The notes below the pieces were generated by a model. That model ran no database searches, was not told the origin of the DNA, and saw only the letters and a program-made list of their open reading frames with translations. Positions 15,301-29,700 of a DNA stretch of 64,000 nucleotides are shown piece by piece; position 1 is the first letter of the stretch; each line of letters opens with the position of its first letter. The DNA comes from Tubiluchus corallicola (Eukaryota > Animalia > Priapulida): the NCBI GenBank assembly GCA_030141605.1, contig JAQGDQ010000194.1, positions 310,001 through 374,000 on the forward strand, read 5' to 3'. The translations under genes were made by a program, and so were the position numbers.

Positions 15301-18300
15301 ACATATATTTATAAAACAAACTATAAAACAATTGTTTCTTATATTTCAATAATTAGCTTAGAAAGTTAATTAACGACAACTGAACACAGCTATTACTTAA
15401 GTCAGAAACTAACCCGCTTGTGCAGGCATCTTCCCTTGCGTGTCAAGCACATTTTCATACGTGTTATAGTACTGCTTAAATGCATGATGTCACGAAAAAT
15501 GGGCTTTACATCATATGACGTCATAACTCTAACTGTCTAACACAACAGTTTATGATGAAGGTTATCACGGAAACGCCTTCTATTTGGCGGTAGTAGATTC
15601 ACTGAGCCATGCGTAGGCTTGAAAGTTTAGCGAAATTTGAGTATCTGAAGTAATTATTATTTAATCTAAACTTTGATTTAAAATAAGCTATTGTAATTTT
15701 CAATATTTTAGAGCAATCTTTATTCTGAACTCGTGTTTACACAATCATCCCGTTTTCCTTTAAATAAACAAGTCAAGAATAAAATAATTCGTAAAAATCC
15801 TTAACCCTTTTGTGTCTTTAAACTCCTAACTAAAAAAACTTTCTTATAAACCCATAGATCTGCTATTTTTACGAAAAGGACATGAAAAATATTTAGATAG
15901 TTAACTATCCGCTTAATAGAACAGTGTAATTTTATCAAACGTGATACAAAGCTAAATATTTAAACTTACATACACAGTGCTTAAAATGTCATAAGATCAT
16001 TTGTAGCCATTTTAGAGCCACTTTCTGCACATTACACACATGAAATACTTGTGATTATCCTTTGCACCCTAATTGCATGGAGTCTTATGTACTAAACAAC
16101 AACTGAAGGGTGCAAAACAACAATTAGAATAATTTACGCAAAGTATGATAAAAAAGTACTTTTACTAGCATTAATAAAAATAAAATGACAGTTGATTTAC
16201 ATTAGTATTGTGCTCCTTGTCCTCACTATAATTAATTCTCTTTCTAGTCTTTCTATCGTGTTTTACTCTTTACTATGGTCACTAGTACCAATTATCGTGT
16301 TCATTATCATGTATTATTAATCTCTCTAATTAATATTGATTCTTATCTCTCGCTCGTGATCGTATAACACGTGACCTAAGGAGACACACGACTTATTTAA
16401 AGAGTGATTCGCTTCTATTACACTAATTGCTATAAGGTTATTTACAACCTGGCTCCTAGAGCTTAAGATAAAGTCTATAGGGCTATGATATCTTCCCACA
16501 AGACTGTTTCTATGACTCCACGTTGTGATTAGAGTCTATGTCTCTAAAGCTTACTAGCAAAAGTTCCCGCAATTGAACTCATAAATTAACTTAATGTACA
16601 CAGCAAATCTTCAGATTCGTTTACAGAATTTAATGTTGCTTAACTGAAACACCTATAAGCATACGCCAACTATTACTTTAAGTTAAAGTGAAATCCGTTT
16701 ATTGTTTTACAACAATTACTCTTAGTCAACTAATATTACAATGTTTGATCTTAATCGCCAAAGACGCTCACAATTAATAATTAGCTCCAAGAGACACTAA
16801 TCAGATTCACTTAACTATTTCCTTGCTTCGCACTTAAGGTGCTAATTACAATTTGAAGTATGCAATTACAATCAACTACACGTTACACTTAAGGTGTCTA
16901 TTACTGTGATTTACTACTATGCAGAGTTGCTCTCAAGTTACGATATGTTAAGATCACTTAACTTGGTGGAATGACCAATGACAACTGTTCAATTGGTCAA
17001 ATGCAATTCCGCTGCAAGACTCTATTCGCAGATCCAGTGCTCAAATCGTTGAGGACGCAGATGGTTGTCTACGCGGGGTCTAACGTGTCTTTGCTTCTCT
17101 CAGAACTCCTGTAGCCGCTCCAGACTTGATCTTCTCCTCTCTCTGACTGACTGAGGAACTTCCTCACGTTCGATTCACATCCGACTCGCAACGTGTTCCG
17201 CAAACGACTAGCCACGTGCTCTTCCAAAACACCATCTGATATACTCTAATGGAGTTTTCGTAATATTGCGCGCGAATGCTGCAACGCGTCGCAATAGTTC
17301 AAAGGTTATGTTCTAGGCTTGGTGGTTTATGACCATCCAGATGGCAGGTAACGTAGCTTCTTACATGAGAAAAACACCGCTACTTGCCTTGTCCTTCACA
17401 TCATCAACCCGAGAGCTTGTTCCTTGCGTCGTTTGGGTTATAAACTCTCGTTCAAGAAAAGAACCACTCTCTGCTTCTTCACAATTATAGTTCGGCAACT
17501 CCGCATAATATTACATGAGGCTTATTATCTAACCAGCAATGTTATAAAAATAAGCTTCGCTTCCTCTAAACTGAACACCTGTGACAAACTTTTACTCTCT
17601 AAATGAACACCTGTTCTATTCTTTGTAAACACAAACTCTGTGACGATAATTTCTTGCCTCGCATTAAATATGTGCCTTATCAGCTAAGTGAGTTCCCATA
17701 TTCTTTTAATAAATTTATCTAATCCAATTAGGAGGTCTCTTTATCAACATAATCTAATGAAGTTGATAACTCCATTAATTAATCACTTAATTCATGATTC
17801 CGAAATTTATTCATAACATTTCTAGTAACACACTCAAATGTGAAGCCCATGAAATCGTTTTTAAGCTGCAAAACTCTGCTAAACTGCTTGTTTTGCTCAT
17901 TTTTAGCCATATTTCTGGTTACGCAAAATTTACTCTAGATATTAAGTTATGTAAATAGCTGTTACTGCAAAATTTAGATTTGGAAATTTCTTGGTTTGCG
18001 TGTCTGACTGATCTGTGCCGTGCTTTCTGAAAAGCTGCTTGTAATTCTATTATGCTGTTTTTTGCCATTTTGCTTTTTATAATGCAAGTGCAACTACAAT
18101 CATTTGTTCGTCACACAAATCCTGTAGGAACATGCTGCTGATTTCAAGTTCAGAATCAGTATGAAAACATGAGCTTGTAATGTCTGAATCTTAAAAACAA
18201 ATTTTGATCAGAGACTTTCTATATAAAAATATTGTTTATTTTTTAAATCATTTAAGGAACAGCTCTTTTATACAAAGGAAACTCCTTCAGGACCCTAAGC

Positions 18301-20699
18301 GTTTGCTGCATTTTGGATGAGTTCATGAAACAGTAGGCAGTGATAACGTTATAATAGATAATTTGAACAGGTTTCTACTCTTCACACAATGTATTCTCAT
18401 GCAAAATTACATATGAAATGCATTTGCTTACTTTTGGCAAATTAAAAATCAATACTTGACAAAAATATTGAAAAAACATTTAGTAACTACAGTGTTTGTG
18501 CTGTAACACAGTACAGTATCACTTGTCAGAAGTTGGCTAATTTAGAAAATTCCAACTATCCAGATACAACACTTTGATACTCTTTGGCCACAAGTCTACT
18601 CTATTTTCAAGAAAAAATTCCTATTAAAAGGTGAAACACCTTAATTTCTCCTTGGTTGGTCGGTTGGTTTTTCCTGGAAGTATTCAATATTTAATAAAAA
18701 ACTGAAAAGTAATGCATAGTCACTGCAGTTAAAATACACAACAGCCACACAAATTCTTGCTGATGTTAGATTCTCTCCTCTGAAAAAGGATTTACAAGTT
18801 TAACATTTTCAGTTGTTAAGATAAGCTCTACGTATGCAATCAAAAACAAAAGGTTTCTGTTAAATTATAAAAAAAATTACATCTACTGCCGAATGTTTAT
18901 TTCAATGACTTACGCTAAAAGGATTCTTAACTGAATTTGACCATAAGAAAAATAAATTCCTGGTTAAATTTGGGATTTAACAAAACCCAACATGGTCTGC
19001 AAGGGCCTAACATAACCTGGCCTGAACTAAACCTTTTCTAGTTCACAACAGTACAACCTAACAAAACATAAGAAATGCAATTTAATCTAATACATTTTCA
19101 CAGATTACCGTGTTTGAGTTCAACTCTGCTGCTGTCTTTTCATTTACAGTACTACTAACTAGATTATTCCAGTTCCTACACCTTTTGCAATATCTACCAC
19201 GAGACGTTCAGGCAGTAACTTTAGATAAGGTTAACCTTGAATCATTTATACGGGTTTCATTCTAAAGTTATACATTTCACTGTCACATCTGTGAAGGTGA
19301 CCATTTGACGCTTGCAATTCCTATAAGCAAACATCATATGACACATCTAAGTTGTTAGGTTATTTTTATCTTTTTTAACATTTTCCAATATTTATGTGCT
19401 AGTCTGCATATCATATATGCGATAATCTAACATTAGTGCAACTGTGCTTATTTCATTAACTATGTGATGATCAGTGCTTAATTATAAATATTTGGTTGTC
19501 CTTCTGTGCTTTACTTAATGCTAGAAGTTTTGAAAAATTTGGTGTGTGCTGTTATAAAAGTAACAATGTACATGCGCCAAGTCATGTGAGTTATAATAAA
19601 TTATATTTTGGGTGGCCACTCTTTTAATTTAGTAGTTGCATGGTTTCGCTCACTTACAACGTCATGAATTGATGTAAACTATGCATTTTAATAAGAGCAA
19701 AATATTCTAATCAACAACTCGTGGACGTAAGTATCATACACCTCTTTCTATAAAAAAGAACAAATTATAGTATATAAATACTTCCACTGTTTAAATTTTG
19801 AAAAGCAATAACAAATTTCAAACCAGGCCAATATCTCTGCAACGAACTTCTGAAAAAGAGCACTTTTCACAAACACTTTGCATAAGTTGAACATAAGCTA
19901 TCTAACCAATAAACTTGACCAAAAACATGCTTACCAGGTTCGGTTCCTTTACAAAACGCTACACATTCCTCCTTCGTAAAAAACCTATTTTCATTGCCAC
20001 CGCAACCACCATACACGAACTTTTCACACTGTGCAGTTTCACTATTCCAGAACCAAGATGGGAAATATGCCAGACAAATACCACTTTTTGGTGGAAGTTG
20101 ACATACTTTTTTTGCTGGAAGTATATAACAAAACTGATGTACATAAAGTATGAACCAGGGGACAATAATATAAAGTTTAATATGTAACACTTAATAAGAA
20201 TGTTAGTTTCTCCCATGTCAAATTTCCTTATAGTATTTTTAACACTAGGAACATTCTGATTTTAAATTTTGAACCTCTCGCACATTCTGTGCTGCTTTTA
20301 TCATCAATTCTCTTTGTTTTTCTGCACGTGTCATTTAATCCGAATGTGATACCTTTGGGAATCTAGTTTTTTAAGTGTGCACAAAACATTGATTTCTTCT
20401 TCAGGAATCCAAGTTGTTTCAAATTAATGAGTTACAATATAGCAACATGTTTCCAAAATAGTTACAAATAGTTACTCTGAAATATGAAATGCAGGCTATT
20501 TTATTTCGTGCTGCAATTCAAATTCAAATAAAATCATAAAAAATTGTAATAATAGCCACATTCTAGGCTTTCACAAAAGGATATGACCCACACTTAAAGC
20601 GTTGTACTTTTGGGGACATGCAAACTCAAATAGCGTCCTTCGCAGCACAAACTCTGCATTGCACAAGCTTTGCATTTGCTAATAACTTGTCACGGCATG

Positions 20700-20778
<79 letters not shown>

Positions 20779-23700
20779 TTTACTTTATATTGTCAATTTG
20801 TATCCTCTCAAAAATATCCTAGAACTTTGATACTTTCATCCACGCAGAAAATTAAGTTGTTCAGGAATAATTAGAATAACAACAAATTAAAAAAAATTAG
20901 GTTGAAGTCCAAATGGCACGTGTAAAAGATTTGTTGTCTATAACAGAAATAATAATTACAAATTTCCATTTAAATCTGATCTATTTCAATGTAACCCAAC
21001 CTGATTAGAGATGGGCCTGAATATCCTGTTCCAAGCAGTAGCTAACTAAACTAACCAATTTCACCTAATCCAACTAAACAAAGTCAACATAATACTTAAT
21101 ACAATAAAACCCAAATCTGTATAAGTGAATCTAGACTACATAACTTAATCACATTTCATCTGATCTTAGTATAATTAATTTTAACAAGAAAGTTAAGTGA
21201 GCTTACCTCCTCCACAATAAGCTGAACATTCTTGCAATGTGGGAAAGTTATTTTTGTTGCCACCACATCCACCATATATGAATATTTCACACATTTTAGT
21301 TTTACCATTATAGAACCATCTAAAAATCCGTGCATAACAAAGACCACTATCAGATGGAAGATCGCATGCATAACCTATTAAAAATGTATAAAAGGTTGTT
21401 TAGCGCCTTTACAAAATTGGGTGACAAATAGCATTTCACAAAAAGTTTGCTTTTTCTACAACACAGTTCCAGAATTCTACAATATACATACACCATATAT
21501 ATATATATATATATCCACCAGGAACTACAACTCCAACAATAAAAAAAACTAAAACATCAATCAATGTAAATGAAGAAATTCATCCTGACTAGCCTAGACT
21601 GAACCTCGGTTACCTAACTTAATACGATCTAATCAATACTCATAATTATTTTTAACAAAAAGAACAAGTTTACCACCTGGCTGGCCTTTGCCACAAATAG
21701 CAGCACACTCATCCTTTGTACGGAAGTTATTTTTGTTGCCAAGACATCCACCATATATGAATTCTTCACAATGTTTAGCTTTGTTATTCCAGAACCATCT
21801 CGGCATATATGCCTGACAAGGACCTGATTCTGATGGAATATTGCATATATTGCCTACCAGAAATGTAAAATAAATAATTAATTGTTGGGCATTTTTGCAA
21901 AGCATGATTTCCAAGTAAACCAAATAGAGTTGAATATGTTTGGAAGCTGGAATGTTTTCAGGGTAAGAAGAAACACTCAATGAATTGGAATTAATGTTCT
22001 GCTTGTGAAATAACTAAAGACTGTCAAAATAATGTAAGCAGTAACGAGAATGATTGAATGAATTTGATTTAAATGTGATGTGTGAAAAATGAGTCTAAAA
22101 AGTAAAGACGAAATGTAAGCTCACTACTCACTGTGTGTGTAGTCATGTACTATATACTACATTACTGTATGTGGTAATATATGGCTACAGAATAACTGTT
22201 GTTAAGATAGCACGTTATGCTGTAACTACTATGTGAAATAAGTCTTTACTTAAGAAAGTTATGCCTAATGACGCCAAGAAAATCGTTAAATGAAGTCGCA
22301 CCTTCCGGGGGAATTAACGTAAAATCAGGCATATGATTCCAGAAGCAAAGTTTAATTACAATTTGCTCAAAATTAAATCAGGTATTTTATGAACTTTACT
22401 CCTAAATTTCTTCATTTTGTATTTATTAGAAAGCAAAAAATATAGATATTTATTAAAAACAATGGACCTGGGTCAGCATTACCAGAGGAAGCTTTTTTTG
22501 TTCCAACACACAAAATAAAATTTTCAGTGATGGGCCCAGTATTAAGTACTTGACACCGGCTCTTATGAATGCTATTGTAAAAATGAGATACTGTAATGCA
22601 TTTATGTCACGTTTAGCTGTTATATAAGTAAGTGCCAGGACTTCAAAACAAAACAAAATATTATTTAGAAAACCCAGCTTCCATACCCTAGCAGATGTGA
22701 ATTATTACCTCACTTCACAGTAAAGTTTTCCAGTTACCCATTTAAAGTTTTCTAAGCTGTTAATCCCCCTTTCTAAGTTGTTACCACGTTCTACATGAAT
22801 AAGTTTATGCAAATCTAGCATCAGCAGTTCAAAGCCAGAAAACACTAAAAAATATTTTGGTCAAATAATATTTACGTATACAATCGTCGTTGTCTGCTCT
22901 TTTTAAGTCTGGCCACCGCTTTGCTTCACATTCTAATTCACACAGATTATCAAACTGCCTTCCGTCACTTCCACATACAGGATCAAATTTTTCCTCACAG
23001 GTACACTTTTGTGCATAAACGCCACTTCTACCCATCATTGCAGACCGACCCTCTGAACAATAACAAAAAAAATCAGACAAAAATCAACTTCTTTTACAAG
23101 GATTTTGAATAATTCTTGAAAAAACTAATACTTTCAGACGAGCCCAGTATGATTTAATTATGCTCTTCGTTGCTCGCTGCCATGGCAACTTTCTAATTAA
23201 AGCAACAAAACTATGACCTAATTACGATTTTCAGCTCCAGAATGAAACATTAGAAGTAATCATCATACATATATCAGCATTGGCTAGAGTTGCAAGATGT
23301 AAATTACTACGTCTTGTAAATAAAAATAACAAAAATGTTATTAATAACTGCATATCAACCAAATTAAACAAACAAAAAGATCCATGAAAAACACATTTTT
23401 AACCCATATGATGATATTTACTTAAAATTAGGTAGAGCTTGCTACTCCTTTATTCTCGCACTTCTAAACAGCATTTAAACAGTGAGAACTATCCTTGGAC
23501 GGCTTTTGAGGTACACGTGAAACTCAGAGCGATAATAATTACCGCACATAAAATTAGTGCAATACTAATATTTTTGGGAATATTTAGAAAATACACGTCA
23601 GCTATTTCTTGTGTTTATCAAAATTAGAAAAGAACATTAAAATGCCTGCCTCTGATAATAATAATTAATAAATAACAAATATTTCACTTGTACCATATTG

Positions 23701-26700
23701 AATTTGTGTATTGTGAGGATATTCAAAAATTACAAAAACTTCAAGGCAAACTTTTTAGACATTGGTAAGGATTTGCTGACGAAAAGCAAACAGGAATAAC
23801 AGTTTTCATAAGATTAAGTACAGTATACCAAAGCAAAGTGTGTTAACTACAATCGTCACGTGAAATGTGGGCAATGCGAATTATACGTTCAGTACTGCAG
23901 TTGTTTAACGTGGGCTTACTTAATTATGCATTAGTCTGTGTATAGAGTGATTTACAGCATGATCTTGCTTGGAAACAAAAATGAACTAGGTAAGGTTCTA
24001 CTTGAGTGTTAAAACTGTTAGTATTACAATAGCATGGGCTGTTAGGCGTTGTCGAGTGTACACAAATGCGTTGTCCTGTGACCTTTTAACGGTCATCATC
24101 AATCGCTGGAACTGTGAAAAGGCAACACACAGATAACTTACCTGGAGTTACATCAAGTCGAACTTGGATTTCTACAGGGCAACACACAGATGTTCTTCCC
24201 ATTGTCTCATCGGGATGAAAGCATTCATAACCACTCGGACATTGAGTTTCGTTCACACAAGTACGAATTCCAAAAACAGAATCCTTGTCATGTATAGGTG
24301 AGCCTGTTCTGCAGGGATTAATTTGTTCTAAAAAACACAAAAAGGTTCCCCAAGAATGACATATGTTGCAACTAAGGTTAATATTAAGCAAATTCTTAAC
24401 ATTTTTTTAGAAATGCTAACAGAAATTTGCAGAAAAGGTCCTAAAAAGCATTTGGGTCAGTCAAAACTACGTAAACATTTCTAAATTTCTTGTTTTAGAA
24501 AAAGTACAGTCATTTTTTTTTAAAATGCACAACTGCTATTTGTAGCAGCTGCAAATTCATTTGGGGCATAGACACTTTGACAGTAGACATTTTAGTGTAT
24601 GAGCCATTAACAGATTTAACAGCCTCAAAATCAAGATGCTTGCAAAAGAAAGAGTAAATATTATTTTTTATTTTCTGTATGACCTGGCCACAGAATGAAA
24701 TCCATGATCTTCTAAGTTCAACAATCGCCAAATGGTCAGCAAAAAATTTGGGGGTTGTCACAAAAAGTTCACCAGCTGCGAAAATTTTTCTAAAAAGTTC
24801 AAAGTTTGCTGCCAAGGTCGCAAAACTTTCCACTTCGCCAATGCTTCACAAAACTATTGTAAAGTTATATAATTGACAAACATTTGCAAATTTGTTACAT
24901 ATTATGAGTGATGTTCGTCAACAATTCAAAACCAGCAAAAACTTACCAAACATTTTGTGACAACTTTAAAACTACTTTTTGATCATATAGCAACATTTCA
25001 ACCAACCTCGGTTGTCCGGCACGTTTTCTGTCAAAATTCCGTGAAACTGTCGTGCAAAAGTTTGCATTTTTGTGCACTGCCCTGGGACACTAAAACTGGC
25101 CATCACAACTACTTTATCAAATGTAAATATGTTCGTTTTCCTTTACATCACTAGACCGATTTGTCCAACAGAATGGTGAATAAAATGACGAGAAGTGCTT
25201 ATTTGCTTAAAAGTCGTGAAAATATGCACAATGTTTTGTATAGAGCCCATCTCAGTGCATTTGTTGATTTATGAACGAATGAGACGCATACGTAATGTTC
25301 GTATACATCACAGCAAAATGATGCCGACTACAAATATGATAAAAAACAATATGTAGTTACCTCCTAACACTGGGCCGACACAAATATTTTTTCCTTTGCA
25401 AGTATTTGGTCCAGGACAACAGATCTCACCCTTTCTTTCACAATAATATGGTTCGTGTTTGCATTCCATTAAAGAATCACATTCAAACGAAGGGAGATAA
25501 AGTGGACATTTTCCTTCTTCTGCAATAAAAATTATTTCCCTTTAATAAAACACAATAATACCTATTAGCCAATTTGAAAATGCAAAGTATGGCTGTGTTA
25601 TTTCGTCGCAGTAATGCAGCAAACACTAAGAGTTATTTTGGAGATTTTGGCTATAACTAACAAGTGATGATTTTATTTCGCAGCACAATACTTTAACTGT
25701 CTAAAGTGTCTATATCTTTTCATTTCCTTTTTGATATGTGTTCATATGATTTTTTGCAGATTTCCTTTCTTAACAATACAGCTTTTTGTACACTGCAAAC
25801 AATTATAATATACTTACTATAGGTTTATAGGCACTCTTTTAGAATTCAGGTCCCGCTCAATTTTCGCCGAGCAATCGTCGATTTTGATATGATTGCTTAG
25901 TGCAATATGATGATCTGCGCTGCACATATGATAAGATAGTTGATCACCCGAGTTTCATTTATGGCAGAATAAGTTTATGAAATAATACTAACAACTGTTT
26001 TTATAAAAAACAAAAAATTGACATCTGACTCAATTTTTGATGCACTGGATTGCATAAATGTTTTTTCAACCTGAATAAATAATTGAATTACTACAAGCAG
26101 TGTTAAGCATCTTTGTTTAGAGAAGTGTGTTTGTGCTGAAACGGCTAAGTAATAAGTAATTTTCATAATCACAATTATTATTATTATGCATTAGTGTATA
26201 AGTGCGCCACAGTTAGATTGTAATTCCCTCATTTTAATAAACGTTTCATTTCCGTATCTTTGAACTCTTTATACCTAATTTTTAACGTTATGTTTCCAGA
26301 CGACTTTTTCGATACTCGCGCGTTGTCTGGCACGCAGGTTGTTTACATTGAATTCTAGTTAAAAATTAAAACGCAAATTTTTCACGTTAAATTTTAGTCA
26401 AGGGTGGGCTAGATACAAATTAAAATAATTATATAGCAAGTTAATTTAGGTTAACTGAGATAACGGGAAACGTGTAAGCTTTTTTGAGTGGTTGCTCTGT
26501 TTCTAAATTTGGTAAAAACAATTAATCCTTTGTTGAAACAAACAGTAGACTAACTCAGCGAGCCAGCGAGTCCATTGAGCAATCAACTAATGTCAGCCTT
26601 TGCAAGAGAGCAGAGCTAAATGTTATTCAGCAACAGACCTATTAGTGTTAAATGCCACGAATACTTGCTTTTCATAGTTGATACAACTTGCATTTTTACC

Positions 26701-29700
26701 AAACCAGCCCTTTTGGGGCTAGGTTCTAGCAGAGCCGACAAATATTTCCAAAAGTAAACTCTGATTTTCTATAACATAATAATAATATAAAAACCACCGA
26801 AAAATGTCATTTTAGCCAACAATTTATTTATTCAGTGAAATGAACTAACGTTTCGACTGAATAAAGTCATGTTTGCATTTTACTGTTTCAGCGTTATCTC
26901 AATTATTAAATAAATAATAATGTGTACTTTCACAAAATTTTATAGCCAAAGTCACAAACGCACTAGACATAAATACACTGACTGCTTGTTGATGGTCAGA
27001 GGGCAATCGTGAGAGCAATGCAGATTGTCATATTGCGCTAAGCAATCATATTAAATCAGATTATCGCTCAGAGAAAATCGAGCAGTACCTGAATTCTAAA
27101 AGAGTGCCAATTTTTGTTCTGTTCCATGGTACTTCGACTGTTGATTAGGAATTTTTACTTTGCTGCCGCACCTAAGTACTCTAGATAATGATATAGCCAC
27201 ATCCTTCAAATGCACCCTATGTTACGAATCGTTCATGACGGGGTCGGAGAACAAAGGTCTCTATTGCAAAGTTCACAAGTTGTCCATGCTTGCCAGCCAA
27301 GTAAAAATTTGAAAAATATTTGTTAGCACTTTCAATCTTCAATAAATCCTTTTTTAATTATTGGATTGGTTTTATGTGCTTATCTTAAAATGTATGAAAA
27401 AGTGCTGCTACAACAAATTTGTCAAGAGTTATAAATTTATGTCATCATACACTTGCTGCAAAAACATTTTCTCAGCACAGCCAGAAACTTAAATTCTGAT
27501 ACACCCATGCAAAACACGAATTAAAGGTCAAAAACAGCATTCTTTATGAAGTTTCACTTTTACACAAAAGCAAAGAGAAAATGCTTTAAGACGTTCTTAA
27601 CTTTTCTTGGTGGTTTATGTAAGAGGAAATCGGTTACGAAATTCTGAAGAATGTCTGGAAGCTACTGGACCTTGTTTTGCACATGCAAGACCAATGCCTT
27701 AGTTGTGGCACAGCATTTGTTTATCAAATCATTCAAGTACCACATTACCTGACCTTCTCATTCTGCAGAAGTCAATGAATGTAGTAGTCGCTATGCTTTA
27801 ACTCGCTTAGCAGAACCTTACCATGAAATTTACCTTAGCAGAACACGAGAAGCAATCATACTGCAGTCAGTGTATTAGCTCAATAATTTTATTTTGATAG
27901 CAACAACATATGTTGATTGAAATGTTATGCGGATAGCTGTTAATTAATATGTGACATATGTCACATATTATTATTATTATATGTGAGTATATAATATAAT
28001 TTGTGTTAAGAAAACACTGTTTAGTCAGTTTCGCTGTATGGCAGCTCTAAAAGGAAACTCAGAGAAACTGGTGCTAAAACAATCAGGTAGTAATAATATG
28101 TCACATCAACGGTAAATTCACAAGCTCCATAACGTATGGTTTAGGGCTCTGCTGCCCTCCGTTAGGATTAGAGAAGTAACTGCACAGCACTCCGGCAACC
28201 TGTTCAAGCTTTGACAAAGTAATTGCTCGGAACTCCACATGGATTATGTAACCAGTTAGATATGTAATTCCAATTGCCAAAAAGATGAAAGACTTTGATG
28301 ATTGCAAATAACCGACAGCACTCAACTGTAGCCACTCATTTGGGTTAGGCTAACTAGTTTATTTTAACTAGTTTCTGTTTAGCTTAACATATCTTATATA
28401 ACATGTAAGGAATCAGTAGCCATCTTGATGAAGCATCCAAACATCCATTTTGCTTACAAGGACCCCATACCACAGACACATATATCAAGTGGTGCAAAAA
28501 TGTGCTGAAGTTTCAATAACGATATTATAGGATTAACACAATGGCTTAAAATTTCCTACACTGATGTTACAATCACTTAAGTGTAAACATCATCAATTTT
28601 ATGTCATTCTCTTTAATTTTTCCAAAGATACGGAAGTTTTAAAACAACATGGGCAGAAGAAAATTATTCCAATTACTCCGAGCTTACATTGTTTTATTTC
28701 CATCATAATTTTCTTTTCAACTTTTGCATACTGCTACACATTCAGTCATTCAACTTTTTCACTTGTTAAAATTGTTAAATCTTGTTCATTACTGTTCTAA
28801 ATTTCATTGGTTTCTGAAGCCTACATCTACGCATAATTTCTAAGCCTTTTTTTCACACCTGAGCTGATTTTATCAGTAATTTTTGTCACTTGTTTTTTGC
28901 CTTTCAACATGACACTACTGCAGAATTTGCTGTGAAATAAAATCTTAAAACTAAATTTTGCACCTCGCAATTGTTAAAATTTACAGCTATTTATCTATGT
29001 GTCTAACATTTTCACTGCAAACTAGGTGAAAGCAAGAGGTTTTTGCTCCCTGCACTCAACAATTTTTGCCTTTGTTTCCCCTAAATAAAAAATGATTCTG
29101 TGCAGGTATCGTGCACTTTTTTGGGGAACTGCACATATGATGATTTCTACGATAAAGTTTTGTTCTTGACAGCAAATTTTTCTCAGTATTTTACTTTCTG
29201 TGGTGAAGACCATGATGTAAAAACGTTGATTTCTTTATTGTTTTTCTGCAACATATCGAGTACTTTAAATATGTATACGTATCAAGGGCTTCAGACATAG
29301 CTATTTCATAATTGATGATTAGCATCGTTCCATTATTTTCAATATGCAAACGTTTTCTGGTTATTTGGTTATAACTTCAAGCTAATAGAATCGTAAACTT
29401 GTAATTATCACAACCAAAAGGTAATGAGCAATGAATTACATCAAGATGTGAAATTTCGACTTTGTTGGGCACTTGTTTCTAATGTTATTGTAGTCTAAAC
29501 TTTAGAACATTTGTTCTACTCCACCTGATATAAACAGAAGCCTCGTAACTGCTTATTTGTGATGTAGTAGTCACAATTAAAACAATTAAACTATGCAGTA
29601 GCAACATTAGTAAGACTATTATAATACTTTAGATTTTACTCTGAAAAAAATTCCTGGAATGGCAACAGGGCATCTAAAATTTTAATAGAGCAGTTGTCTT

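Noticed and set aside
20618-20830. ORF with a YIYIYI run
   Set aside because: Translation of a (TA)n microsatellite.
29560-29575. AGTAGT as the left end of Polinton A
   Set aside because: Its flank does not match the AATATG following the right end, and no TIR similarity follows.
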